A DNA stretch of 64,000 bases from Vulcanimicrobiota bacterium (GTDB taxonomy: Bacteria; Vulcanimicrobiota; Vulcanimicrobiia; Vulcanimicrobiales; Vulcanimicrobiaceae): NCBI GenBank assembly GCA_963812155.1, contig CAWETW010000002.1, positions 1 to 64,000 of the forward strand. Reading direction: 5' to 3'. The position numbers and the translations under genes are program-made. Positions 1 through 9,467 of this stretch are shown here, piece after piece. Below the pieces are notes generated by a model. That model saw nothing but the letters and a program-made list of their open reading frames with translations, was not told where the DNA came from and did not search any database. How positions within the stretch are numbered: position 1 is the stretch's first letter; every line of letters begins with the position of its first letter.

Positions 1-709
1 CAATGCGAGCGAGGCTGTCGAGGACGAGCAGCACGTGCAGACCGCGTTCGCGCAACGCCGCAGCCTGCGCGCATGCCAGCGCCGCAGCGCGTACGCGTTC
101 GGTCGCCGGCCGGTCGCTGGTTGCGCAAACGATGGTCGCGTGGGCGATGCGCGCGTCGATCCATCGCCGGGCCTCGCGGCCGCGTTCGCCGATCAAACCG
201 ACGACGACCGCATCGCAGCGCGATCCACGGACGATCGCTTCCAGCAGCATACTCTTACCCGCGCCGGGCGCGCCGAAAATGCCGACGCGCGCACCGCGCC
301 CGAGTGCGAGCAGTGCGTCGATCGCGCGCACGCCGGTCCAAAACGGCACGGTGACCGCAACGCGCTCGTTTGGCGCCGGCGGCGTCTGCGCTAGGGCGAC
401 ACGCCGCCCCTGCGGGGCCGGACCGCCGTCGAGCGGCCTGCCGCGGGCGTCGAGCGCGCGCCCGAACGCGCAGGTTCCGAGCGCACACGTATCGGCAAAC
501 GGCTGGGCGCGCACGCGCGCACCGCGTGCGATCCCCGCGCCGGCGCCAAAGACGGCAACGACCGCACGAGCGCCGTCGACGGCGCAGATTCGGCCAGGAA
601 TCGCTTCGGCGGCAGTCGAGACTTCGACGAACTGCCCGATACGCGCGCCCGGAATGCTCGCGCTGACCAATCCGCCGCGTGCCGCGAGCACGCGGCCGTG
701 CGCAATCAC
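1..709 (-). CDS. fliI: FliI/SctN-family type III export ATPase (3' end runs off the window)
   Basis: Manual translation from GTG at 709, overlapping the fliH stop: MIAHGRVLAARGG...TGVRAIDALLALGRGARVGIFGAPGAGKS (Walker A)...GLIGERGRE...LLVLDSLAR (Walker B). Absent from the ORF track because it is truncated. Confidence 0.9.
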   Translation of the reverse strand, partial: MIAHGRVLAARGGLVSASIPGARIGQFVEVSTAAEAIPGRICAVDGARAVVAVFGAGAGIARGARVRAQPFADTCALGTCAFGRALDARGRPLDGGPAPQGRRVALAQTPPAPNERVAVTVPFWTGVRAIDALLALGRGARVGIFGAPGAGKSMLLEAIVRGSRCDAVVVGLIGERGREARRWIDARIAHATIVCATSDRPATERVRAAALACAQAAALRERGLHVLLVLDSLARI

Positions 710-1191
710 GGCGCGCGTTCGAGCGCGCACAGCAAACGGGCGCCCAAGCCGGCGTCGATCGTTCCGCATTGCAGGTCGATCGCGACGTCGCCGCGCCGCA
801 ATTCCGAGTCGGCCACGACTGGAACCTCCATGCCGTCCAGCCGAAAGATTTCGTCGGGATGCACGCGAATTCGCAGCGGCGACTCGCTTGCATATCGCGT
901 CACGGCGCGCGCCGCAATCGCCGCAACGTCGGCCGGCGCGAGTGAAAGTTCCCGCGCCAGCACGTCGCACGCGACGTCTCGAAGCAGTCCTTCCAGTGCG
1001 ACGTGGAGCGCGTCGGCGAGGGCCGCGTGAAAGCGGCGTACTTCGGAGAGCGCGCCCGCGCAGGGACACGGGTCTACGCGCACGGGCGGCGGTTCGTCTA
1101 GGGGATCGCCGGCGTCGGGAAGCGCGAGGGGTTGCAGCGGCGGTTGCGCTTGCCGCAGGAATGCGTCGAACGAAACGAAGCCGTCAGCCAT
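706..1191 (-). CDS. fliH: Short FliH/SctL-like protein (161 aa)
   Basis: C-terminal IRVHPDE...VVADSELRRGDVAIDLQCGTIDAGL matches the FliH/SctL C-domain; lies between fliF and fliI; ATG at 1191. Confidence 0.75.
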   Translation of the reverse strand: MADGFVSFDAFLRQAQPPLQPLALPDAGDPLDEPPPVRVDPCPCAGALSEVRRFHAALADALHVALEGLLRDVACDVLARELSLAPADVAAIAARAVTRYASESPLRIRVHPDEIFRLDGMEVPVVADSELRRGDVAIDLQCGTIDAGLGARLLCALERAP

Positions 1192-2653
1192 GGCGGCGCA
1201 GCAACTCCGTCGCATCGCCGATGAGCGGCGAATGCGGACGCGCCATGCGCTTGACGATCGCTTCGCGTTCGTGCTGTGGATACATATCGAGTACTGCCGC
1301 CGCCGTCGCTGCCGGAAGCGCACTTATGATCGCGGCGGCTGCGTGCGGCGGCTCCTGCGCAAGCACGCTGCGCACGCGCGCGGGCGCGAAGCCCGCGACC
1401 GCCTTCGCCGTACGATCGATGGCCGAGCGTTCGACGACGGCGCGCAGCAGCGACGTCAATCCGGGCAACGCCGCTCGAGCCGCAAACAGCGCCGCACCGG
1501 TGACGGCGAGAACCGGAAGCAACGGAACGACGGCGCCGTACAGCAGCCACCACGCATCTTTTCGCGCAACCCGGTCGTGACGGAAATCGACGGCCTGCAC
1601 GACCAGCGAATCGCCGCGTCCGGCGTCGTACCCGACCGTCGCGCCGGCAAGGTCGCGCACCTTAACCGCATCGAGTCCGCGTGCGACGTCGAGAAAAACG
1701 GCCGTTGAGAGGCGGCGGATCGTTGCGCCGCCCGACTCGGTGACGAGTTCGCGCGTTTCGCTTCCACGGTCTTCGCTCTCGTCGCGGCGCCGGTAGCGCT
1801 TGCCGCCGTCGTCGAGACTCTCGATGCGCGCCGCGCGTCCGATGCCGGCGCCCTCGAGCGGCGCCCGCCGCACGTCGCGTTCGGAGTTTCGATCGCGGTT
1901 ATACTCGGCGCGCACGCGCACGACCGTAGCGCCTTCGCCGAAGGCCGCGTCGAGCGCCGTTTGCAACGATCCCTGAAGATCGCCGGCCTCCGCGCCGGCG
2001 TTGTCGTCGCCGAGCGCGACGCCGCGATCGTCGAGTATCGTCACGCGTTCCGGCGTCAAGCCGGGAACGCCGGCTGCGACGAAGGCGCGAATACCCGCAA
2101 CCGCATCGCGGGCCAGACGCGATCCCGTTCGAAGGCGCACGCGAACGCTGGCGCTGGCGTCGCGCGACGACTCGTCGGCGAACTCCGCCGTCTTCGCCGG
2201 CGCGACGATGACGCGGGCGTCGTCGATGCCGTCGATTCCTCGCAGGCCGGCTTCGATGTCGCCCGCCAGACCGGTGCGCGTCTGCGCGTCGATCACGGCC
2301 TGCGGCGTCAGCACGCCGACGCCTGCGAGGGCTTCGGCGGTCGTTTGCACGTGGGCGTGCGGCACGCCGGCAAGCGAAAGCCGCAGCAGCAGATCGTTGC
2401 GCCGGCCGGCGGCGACGACGACGTTGTCGGCCAGCGGCGTAAAGGCGACGTTCCAACCGGCAAGGCGTTCCTCGACCTCGCCCAACTGCTCCGGATGCAA
2501 CGGCGTCGCGAAGAGCGGCGTGCGAGCGGGATGCGACGCGACGGCCCACACAACGGCCAAGACGGCGAAAAGGGCCGCAGCGGCACCGGCTCCGGCACGC
2601 GCCGGCTGCGATAGCGCGTTCCAGCGAGCGGCGAGTTGTGCGGCCTGCGTCAC
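1184..2653 (-). CDS. fliF: FliF M-ring protein with a C-terminal FliG-middle-like domain
   Basis: N-terminal TM, ring-building motifs (LAGDIEAGLRGIDGIDDARVIV, ASASVRVRL, FVAAGVPGLTPERVTILDDRG), second TM, then PARVRSVLAQEPPHAAAAIISALP...EREAIVKRMA resembling the FliG EHPQ region. GTG at 2653 overlaps the fliE stop. Confidence 0.8.
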   Translation of the reverse strand: MTQAAQLAARWNALSQPARAGAGAAAALFAVLAVVWAVASHPARTPLFATPLHPEQLGEVEERLAGWNVAFTPLADNVVVAAGRRNDLLLRLSLAGVPHAHVQTTAEALAGVGVLTPQAVIDAQTRTGLAGDIEAGLRGIDGIDDARVIVAPAKTAEFADESSRDASASVRVRLRTGSRLARDAVAGIRAFVAAGVPGLTPERVTILDDRGVALGDDNAGAEAGDLQGSLQTALDAAFGEGATVVRVRAEYNRDRNSERDVRRAPLEGAGIGRAARIESLDDGGKRYRRRDESEDRGSETRELVTESGGATIRRLSTAVFLDVARGLDAVKVRDLAGATVGYDAGRGDSLVVQAVDFRHDRVARKDAWWLLYGAVVPLLPVLAVTGAALFAARAALPGLTSLLRAVVERSAIDRTAKAVAGFAPARVRSVLAQEPPHAAAAIISALPAATAAAVLDMYPQHEREAIVKRMARPHSPLIGDATELLRRHG

Positions 2654-2919
2654 ACTTGCATGTTGAGGATCGACGAAATCGCTTGCGCGCAACGCTGTGC
2701 CGCCGCCGTGGCGGCCGAAAGTGCGACGTCGGCGCGCGCGCGCTCGTAGACGGCATCCTGCAGGGTGCCGCCACCGGAAGCGAATGCATCCTCGGCATTC
2801 TCCGCGTCGCGCAGCATCGCGCCGAGCGCGTCGAGCGACCGCGCGAATTCTCCGGCACCCGCGTCATGCGGAAGCGAACGTGCCACCGGCGCATCGGGAA
2901 TCAGCGGCTCGACCGTCAT
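2650..2919 (-). CDS. fliE: FliE hook-basal body protein
   Basis: 89 aa ending AISSILNMQV, the typical FliE terminus; positioned between flgC and fliF. Confidence 0.85.
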   Translation of the reverse strand: MTVEPLIPDAPVARSLPHDAGAGEFARSLDALGAMLRDAENAEDAFASGGGTLQDAVYERARADVALSAATAAAQRCAQAISSILNMQV

Positions 2920-3248
2920 AGACGTCCCAGTTCCATCGTCTGTTGCGCGATGGTCTTGCCGGCGTCGAAGAGCGCCGCGTCGGATTCATACGCGCGCGAC
3001 GCGTTCATCACCGCAATCATCTCGGTGAGAATGTCGACGTTCGTGCCGGCTTCGGTGCGAGCGCCCGAAAACTCGACGCGCGATTCGCCGTCGGCGCCGT
3101 CGACGACGCGGAACTGCGGTATCTGGCGCGCGTAGCGCGCGTCGGGACCGGCCGCTTCGGCGGCTGCAACGTTGCGGGCCGCAACGTCGAGTGCGGCGCG
3201 TTGCGCGTCCATCGCGGCAGCGGCCGCGTCGAGCAATGGAAGCGTCAC
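2916..3248 (-). CDS. flgC: Short FlgC-like basal-body rod protein
   Basis: AMDAQRAALDVAARNVAAAE N-terminus and NVDILTEMIAVMNASRAYE C-terminus; only 110 aa. Confidence 0.85.
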   Translation of the reverse strand: MTLPLLDAAAAAMDAQRAALDVAARNVAAAEAAGPDARYARQIPQFRVVDGADGESRVEFSGARTEAGTNVDILTEMIAVMNASRAYESDAALFDAGKTIAQQTMELGRL

Positions 3249-3463
3249 TTTAGCACCGCCTTTAGTTCCTGAAAACGCGAACGCTCGATCCCGAGCAGCG
3301 CCTCGGTGAAGATCGCCGCTTGCGCGGTCTGCGCCATCGCGGCGTCGGCGCTTCGCCCCGCATTGCCACCGGCGTTGGCGGCGGCAACCGCGCGTTGCGC
3401 GTGCTGCAAACGCGCGTTGGCCTCGTCGAACGCGCCGCGCAGAGAATCCCCGACGTCGAACAT
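3245..3463 (-). CDS. 72-aa helical protein in the flgB position
   Basis: First gene of the cluster, stop overlaps the flgC start; C-terminus RFQELKAVLK resembles FlgB termini, but the N-terminal ANNIAN-type motif is missing. Confidence 0.55.
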   Translation of the reverse strand: MFDVGDSLRGAFDEANARLQHAQRAVAAANAGGNAGRSADAAMAQTAQAAIFTEALLGIERSRFQELKAVLK

Positions 3464-3501
3464 GCGACGATTTTCGCGGGGAGCCGTATCCCGGGGCAGT
3501 C

Positions 3502-4580
3502 CTAAGGATGGCCGAAGTATGTCGCCGCGCGCACCGGCAGTCCCGCAGGGTCGAGCGGAACGCCCAAGATGAGACGCGTCACCTCGTTGTAGTTTGCAAT
3601 GCCCGACGCGATGCGGTTGCTCTTCAGGTACACGTTATACGTGCGCCACGTCCAGTGCGCGAGCAAGACGTTGACGTGATGCGCGTCGCGGCGCCGAATC
3701 GCCTGAAAATCCTGCCATACGAGCGGCACGAACTCGCGGCGGTTATAGTGCTGTTTCTGGGGCAGGTAGAGAAAGAGTTCGAACCAGCCCGAATAGCGCA
3801 TCGCGGGATCCGGCGAACGCAGACAGGCGATCACCGCCAAATAGTTGGCTTCGTCCTCGCGGGCGTAGGCCGCAACGTGACTCCATTCGTGCGCCTGATC
3901 GAACGGCCGCTCGAACCACAGGACGTCGCCCGCCAGTTGCGTGTTCAGCGTCAACGGATTGATGAACCCGCTGGTGCCGGTCGCCTCCATGAACGGATTG
4001 GCGATCGTCGGTTTGGCCGGTCCGGCTTGCGGCGACCAGTCGTCGCCGGCCGCTGCACGGCGGGAAGCCAGCCGTCAGCGAAGCACGCCGAGGTCGAGCG
4101 GCGGTCGCGGCGCGCGCGTGAGCGGGCGCTGCGAGCGCGTTCATTTCGGCCATCGCGCGCGTACGCAGTCGCGTGGCCGCGGCGGGCGTCACACGTGCCG
4201 CATCGAACGCGACGCGCGTTTCGATCGGCGCGCGCGCGTAGTTCCACCCCCACGACGCTTCGAACCAGATGGCGTAGAGACCGGCGATAGCGGCGACGTC
4301 GAAGACCAGTGTGCCGAACGAGTGCAGCGTGCGCCGCCGCCGCGAGCGAACGTAGACGACGATTCGCCAAACGATCGCGACGGCGCCCAGCAGCCCCGCG
4401 ACGTCGCCCAGCGACCACGGCAACGGATTGGTAACGATGAACGCGGCGTGCTCCCAGAGCGGGATAGATGCCGTTGGAATACGCGCGTTCGATCCACGAA
4501 GCGTTCGGCCGCCACGCCAGCGCCGCCGCCCCGAGGACGACGGCCGCCAGGCGGGCGGCGAACCAAAACGTCGCGCTCAG
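3502..4580 (-). CDS. DUF3810-like membrane zinc-metallopeptidase protein (frameshifted; start approximate)
   Basis: Pieces in different frames: WIERAYSNGIYP, PWSLGD, WGWNYARAP, GTSGFINPLTL, AHEWSH (HExxH), REDEANY. Confidence 0.7.
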
Positions 4581-4966
4581 CGCTTGCTGTACTGGAACCG
4601 TTTGCGCGCGCGCTTACGGCCGTACTTCTTCGATTCTTTTTCGCGCGGATCGCGGGTGAGGAACCCGTGTTGCCGCATGATCGCCTTGAAGCTTTCGTCC
4701 ATCGCAACGAGTGCGCGCGCGATGCCGTGCCGAACGGCGCCGGCTTGCCCGGTCACGCCGCCGCCTTCGGCCTTCACCGTTACGTCGAAGCGCGAGAGGC
4801 TTTGCGTCGCTTCGAGCGGCTGGCGCACGATCTGCAAAAGTTGCGGACGCGGGAAGTACGTTTCGACGGGCTTGTCGTTGACGCGGATGAGTCCTTGGCC
4901 CAGCGTCAGCGAAACGCGCGCAACGGCGCGCTTACGGCGGCCGGTGGTTTGAATGACGTCGCTCAA
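4577..4966 (-). CDS. rpsI: 30S ribosomal protein S9
   Basis: TGRRKRAVARV...GGGVTGQAGAVRHGIARAL...KRARKRFQYSKR. Confidence 0.98.
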   Translation of the reverse strand: MSDVIQTTGRRKRAVARVSLTLGQGLIRVNDKPVETYFPRPQLLQIVRQPLEATQSLSRFDVTVKAEGGGVTGQAGAVRHGIARALVAMDESFKAIMRQHGFLTRDPREKESKKYGRKRARKRFQYSKR

Positions 4967-4976
4967 AACGGACCTC

Positions 4977-5411
4977 CTACGAACGCTCGAAGAGCGGTTG
5001 GGGATTCTGGGCGCCGTGCGGATGGCTCTCGCCGGCGTATACGTTGAGACGGCGAAGCTGGTCGTTGCGGGTGCGGTTGCCCGCGAGCATTCCGCGAACC
5101 GCCATTTCGATCAAGCGCTCGGGATGTTTCGCCGCAATCTCGCGCGCCGTCTGGACGCGCAGTCCGCCGGGAAACCCGCTGTGGCGATAGTAGAGCTTTT
5201 GATCGAGCTTCTTACCGCCGAGCTCCACTTTCTCCGCGTTGACGACGACGACGAAATCGCCGTCATCGATGTGGGGCGTCCACGTCGGCTTATGTTTGCC
5301 GGAGAGGGCTCGCGCGATACGTACGGCAAGCGTCCCGAGACGCTGTCCGGCTGCATCGACGATGTACCAATCGTGCTTGGTTTCCGCCGTCTTCTGTTGG
5401 TAGGTTCGCAT
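4977..5411 (-). CDS. rplM: 50S ribosomal protein L13
   Basis: WYIVDAAGQRLG...GKHKPTWTPHIDDGDFVVVVNAEK...YYRHSGFPGG; ATG at 5411. Confidence 0.98.
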   Translation of the reverse strand: MRTYQQKTAETKHDWYIVDAAGQRLGTLAVRIARALSGKHKPTWTPHIDDGDFVVVVNAEKVELGGKKLDQKLYYRHSGFPGGLRVQTAREIAAKHPERLIEMAVRGMLAGNRTRNDQLRRLNVYAGESHPHGAQNPQPLFERS

Positions 5412-5451
5412 CGTGCGCGTCGTCCTGTCGGAGGGTGCTGAAAACCAACGC

Positions 5452-5481
5452 ATCTTACTTGGCGTGCGACCGCGCCGTCAA
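5452..5481 (-). promoter_or_regulatory. Putative housekeeping-sigma promoter of rplM-rpsI
   Basis: On the minus strand TTGACG (5481-5476), an 18-nt spacer, then TAAGAT (5457-5452). Confidence 0.55.
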
Positions 5482-5503
5482 GCGTTTTGGACTCCGCACA
5501 TCA

Positions 5504-5533
5504 TTGACACATACTTGATGTATCAAGTATAGT
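5504..5533 (+). promoter_or_regulatory. marR promoter with an overlapping palindromic operator
   Basis: TTGACA (5504-5509), 18 nt, TATAGT (5528-5533); inverted repeat ATACTTGAT-GT-ATCAAGTAT at 5511-5530. Confidence 0.8.
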
Positions 5534-5541
5534 AGCTCCCC

Positions 5542-5961
5542 ATGGACGAAGCACCGCTCGCCGCCGTTCTCCGGCTGGCAAAAACCTACGCATCGATGAC
5601 GCGCGCCCTCGATGCCGAGTTGGGCAGCCATCACGGCGTCGGTCTGGCCGAACTGCGGCTGCTCGAAGTGCTGGCCGCCCGCCCGCTCGCGCGATTGCGG
5701 CCGACCGACCTCGCGGCGGAGCTGGGCATCACCGCGTCGGGGGTCACGCGTGCCGTGCTCCCGCTGGTCAAGCGCGGCATTTTGAAGCGCGAGCCGGTAC
5801 CCGGCGACGCGCGATCGAGCCGCGTCGCATTGACCGCCGCCGGGCGAGCCCTCACCACCGATGCGTTGCGGACCGCGGGCGAAGGCGCGGCGCGCCTGCT
5901 GCGCCGGCTTAGCGTCGGACAGACGCGCCAACTAGAGCGCCTCCTCGGCGAAATAGTTTAG
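5542..5961 (+). CDS. MarR-family transcriptional regulator
   Basis: LRPTDLAAELGITASGVTRAVLPLVKRGILKRE...DARSSRVALTAAG winged helix. Confidence 0.9.
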   Translation: MDEAPLAAVLRLAKTYASMTRALDAELGSHHGVGLAELRLLEVLAARPLARLRPTDLAAELGITASGVTRAVLPLVKRGILKREPVPGDARSSRVALTAAGRALTTDALRTAGEGAARLLRRLSVGQTRQLERLLGEIV

Positions 5962-6749
5962 TCTCCGTCACCCCAGCGGAACACCGGCGGCTCCGCAAAC
6001 GAATCGTACTCCTCGCCGTAACGGACGCCCGCGAGATAGAGGCCGTGCGGCGGTGCCGTGTGTCCGGCGAGCCGGCGATTGCAGGCGGCGAGCACCGAGC
6101 GCATCTCGCCGGGCAACCGTTGCCCCGATCCGCATTCGACCAGCGTCCCGACGATCGTGCGCACCATGCGATGCAGGAAGCCGTCGGCCGCGATTTCGAC
6201 GCGCACCAGATCCCCGCGGCGTTCGATTTCCAGACGCCGCACGGTGCGGACCGTCACGCCGCCGTCCGGCAACGACGCGCAGAACGAGCGGAAATCGTGT
6301 TCGCCGCGCAGCGCCGCGGCGGCATCGCGCATCGCCGCGACGTCGACCGCGCGCCACACGCGATAGGCGCGCCGCGCTAGCAGCGGCGACGGCCGGCGAT
6401 CCGCGAGCAGCGCGTAGACGTACGTTCTTTCGGTCGCGCTGAAACGCGCCGAGAATGCGCCGGCGACGACGGCCGCATCGCGCACGGCGACGTCGCTGGG
6501 CAGCATCGCGTTGAGCGCCAGATCCAGGCGATCGAACGGAAACGCGCGCGCCGTCGTAAACGACACGACTTGCCCGCACGCGTGCACGCCCGCATCGGTT
6601 CGCCCGGCGGCGGCGACCTTCACCGGTTCTTCGAAGAGGCGCGTCAGCGTCGTCTCCAAGACGTCCGCCACGGTCCGAAGGCGCGGCTGCCACTGAAAGC
6701 CGCTGAACGCGCTGCCGTCGTACTCGACGGTAAGGCGCACCGTGGTCAC
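5958..6749 (-). CDS. truA: tRNA pseudouridine(38-40) synthase
   Basis: LTVEYDGSAFSGFQ, AGRTDAGVHA, GFLHRMVRTIVG, TAPPHGLYL; GTG at 6749. Confidence 0.97.
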   Translation of the reverse strand: MTTVRLTVEYDGSAFSGFQWQPRLRTVADVLETTLTRLFEEPVKVAAAGRTDAGVHACGQVVSFTTARAFPFDRLDLALNAMLPSDVAVRDAAVVAGAFSARFSATERTYVYALLADRRPSPLLARRAYRVWRAVDVAAMRDAAAALRGEHDFRSFCASLPDGGVTVRTVRRLEIERRGDLVRVEIAADGFLHRMVRTIVGTLVECGSGQRLPGEMRSVLAACNRRLAGHTAPPHGLYLAGVRYGEEYDSFAEPPVFRWGDGD

Positions 6750-6750
6750 G

Positions 6751-7449
6751 CTATGGCGCCGGTTTCTCCGGGAGTCCGAGCGCTGCGCGCAGTTCGACCG
6801 TCGCTGCGGCGAAATCCGATTGGAAGCGCGGCTGCCGCAATAGCGCCGCGGCAATGACGGTCCCGGAAATCCAGCCCGCTTCGACGTCGCTGGGATAGTG
6901 GACGCCCGCAATGATGCGGCTTTCCGCAAAGATACTCGCGCGGGCGAAGAGCGCGTCGCGCTTCTCCGGGACCATCTGCGAGAGTAACACGGCGCTGCAC
7001 GCTGCGAACGCTGCGTGGCCGCTGGGATACGATCCGTGCGTTTGCGGCGCGCCTGGAGGGCGCGGCCGCGCGAAGTGCGCCTTCGCCTGTTCGACGAGCG
7101 TTTCGGTGTCGGCGCCGGCGTGTCGAAAGAGTGCGGAGGTCAGCGGCAGACTCGCAGGAAGGAACTGCTTGCCGAGCACGCTCGAAAAGACGAAGATCGA
7201 ACGGTGTTTGTCGGTCGCGACCTGAACGAGATCGGCATTCGTTCGCTGCGCCAGCGCCTCGCCAATTTTCTTCTCGTCATACCGCTCCAACGGCGAGTCG
7301 AGATTCGGCGGCGGCGCCAGCAATTGCGTGAGATTGACCGTTCCCGCCGGAAGGTAGTACGGCGCGATTGCCGTGTCTTTGGCGAGTACCGGAATCGCCG
7401 TCGCCGCAAACGAGGCCAGCAGCCACGCAATCGCGGAACGGCGGCGCAT
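6751..7449 (-). CDS. Secreted PAP2/class A acid phosphatase
   Basis: Signal peptide; KAHFARPRP, SYPSGH, SRIIAGVHYPSD motifs. Confidence 0.9.
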   Translation of the reverse strand: MRRRSAIAWLLASFAATAIPVLAKDTAIAPYYLPAGTVNLTQLLAPPPNLDSPLERYDEKKIGEALAQRTNADLVQVATDKHRSIFVFSSVLGKQFLPASLPLTSALFRHAGADTETLVEQAKAHFARPRPPGAPQTHGSYPSGHAAFAACSAVLLSQMVPEKRDALFARASIFAESRIIAGVHYPSDVEAGWISGTVIAAALLRQPRFQSDFAAATVELRAALGLPEKPAP

Positions 7450-8961
7450 CAGCCGTGCTGCCGCTGCAGCGGAAATGCCAGCACTTCGCGCACGGAGTGC
7501 TGTCCCGTGAGCAGCATAATGAGGCGGTCGACGCCGATGCCGATGCCCGCGGTCGGCGGCATGCCGTATTCGAGCGCGCGCACGTAGTCCCAATCCGGCT
7601 CGGGAATCTCTTCATCGCCTTCGGCACGTTCGGCAATCTGCGCCTCAAACCGCACGCGCTGATCGTCGGGATCGTTGAGTTCGGTAAAGGCGTTGGAGAT
7701 TTCCATGTTCGCGCAGAAGAGTTCGTAGCGTTCGACGAGATCCGGATCGCCGGGTTTGCGCTTGGCGAGCGGGGAGATGACGACCGGATAGTCGGTGACG
7801 AACGTCGGCTGCACCAGATGCGGCTCGAGCACGCGTTCGAAGATCTTGTCGAGCGCGTGGCCGTGCGTCGGCGACGCGGGCAGCCCGAGTTCCTGGAGAA
7901 TCGCCGCGGCGCCGGCCGGATCGAGCAAACGATCGCGCGCGTACTTGCCGTCGCTGTAGCGCGCGATGCCGTCGAGATACGAAACGCGCGCGAACGGACG
8001 GTCGAACGATAGCGTGCGCTCCCCGTAGGTGAGCTCGCTCGCGGCGCCGGTGGCGACGGAGACGAGGTGCGCGATCAGCGCTTCGTTGAATTCCATCATG
8101 TCGCCCACGTCCCAGTACGCCGCGTAGAGTTCGAGCATCGTGAACTCCGGATTGTGGGTCGTGTCGATGCCTTCGTTGCGAAAGATCCGGCCGATTTCGT
8201 AGACGCGCTCGAGGCCGGCGACGATCAGCCGCTTGAGGTTGAGTTCGGTCGCGATGCGCAGCTGCATGATCCGGTCGAGCGCGTTGCAGTGCGTCGTGAA
8301 GGGCCGCGCCGCGGCACCGCCGGCGACGTGCAGCAGCGTCGGCGTCTCGATCTCGTAAAATCCTCGACCGTCGATGAATCTGCGCATCTCGGCAACGAGC
8401 CGGCTACGCGCCATAATCGTCTCGCGCACCCCGGGCGTGACGATCATGTCGACGTACCGCTGGCGATACCGTTTCTCGACGTCGACCAACCCGTGCCATT
8501 TGTCGGGCAACGGCATCAGCGCTTTCCCCAAGCACCGCGAACGTTGTAACGTGGAGCGTGATCTCGCCCATTTTCGAGCGAAACGCGTAGCCGCGCACGC
8601 CGACGAGGTCACCGCGGTCGAGGTGCTCCCACTGCCCGAACGCGTCGTCGCCGACTTCGTCTTTACGGACGTAGAGCTGCAGGCGACCGGTGCGGTCGGC
8701 AAGATCCGCAAAAACGGTCTTTCCCATGGTGCGCTTGGAAAGCACGCGTCCGGCGAGGCTCCAGCCTTCGGCCTCCGCACGCTGCCCGGGTTCGAGGAAT
8801 CCGTAGCGCGCGGTCAGTTCTGCGGCGGTTGCGTCCACGTCGTAACGCGTGCGCGCAAACGGATCGTTGCCCGCAGAACGCAAAGCGGCCAGGTGTTCGC
8901 GCCTGGCCGCTACGAGCGCAGCTTCGGTTTTTCCGAGGTCGCCGTGATCGCCCAGCGTCAA
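7449..8961 (-). CDS. lysS: Lysyl-tRNA synthetase, class II (one frameshift near 8525)
   Basis: N-terminal OB fold in ORF 8404-8961; PLPDKWHGL, RYRQRY, GGAAARPF, FRNEGID, YGMPPTAGIGIGVDRL in ORF 7449-8780. Confidence 0.95.
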
Positions 8962-9467
8962 CTCGCTTTTTTCGTCGCCTTCTTCGGCGTGCTGCGCTTG
9001 ATCGATTCGATCTTATATTTCGCCAAGCCGCGCGGGGTCGAGACGTCGACGGTCGCGCCCTTCTTGTGCCCGATCAGCGCGCTCCCCAGCGGCGATTCGT
9101 TCGAAATGCGCCGGTTGGATGGATCGGCTTCGGCCGAACCGACGATCGAAAATTCGTAGTTATCGTTCGTCTTGAGGTCTTTGACCTTAACGATCGCGCC
9201 CAGATGCACTTCGTCGGAGGCGTACTCCGACTCGTCGATGATGCGCGCATTGCGGATCATCGTCTCGAGCTTGAGGATGCGCCCTTCGATGAATGCCTGT
9301 TCCTGTTTCGCGTCCTCGTATTCCGCGTTTTCGCTCAGGTCGCCGTACTCTTTTGCCTGGCGGATGCGATCGTTCACTTCGCGCCGGTGCACCGTCTTGA
9401 GTTCGTCGAGCTCGAGCTCGAGCTTGGCCAAGCCCTCGGCGGTCAGGACGGTTTCTTTGTCGTTCAA
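8958..9467 (-). CDS. greA: Transcription elongation factor GreA
   Basis: AKEYGDLSENAEY, ISNESPLGSALIG. Confidence 0.97.
   Translation of the reverse strand: MNDKETVLTAEGLAKLELELDELKTVHRREVNDRIRQAKEYGDLSENAEYEDAKQEQAFIEGRILKLETMIRNARIIDESEYASDEVHLGAIVKVKDLKTNDNYEFSIVGSAEADPSNRRISNESPLGSALIGHKKGATVDVSTPRGLAKYKIESIKRSTPKKATKKAS

Noticed and set aside
3..1580. Long + strand ORFs such as 3-1580, 8829-10454, 13417-15021, 33609-35438 and 49494-51260
   Set aside because: They are antisense shadows of well-supported minus-strand genes, common in GC-rich DNA, and show no protein motifs.
7449..8961. lysS as a pseudogene or programmed frameshift
   Set aside because: Both halves are intact, no slippery site or stimulator was recognised, and similar breaks occur throughout the window.
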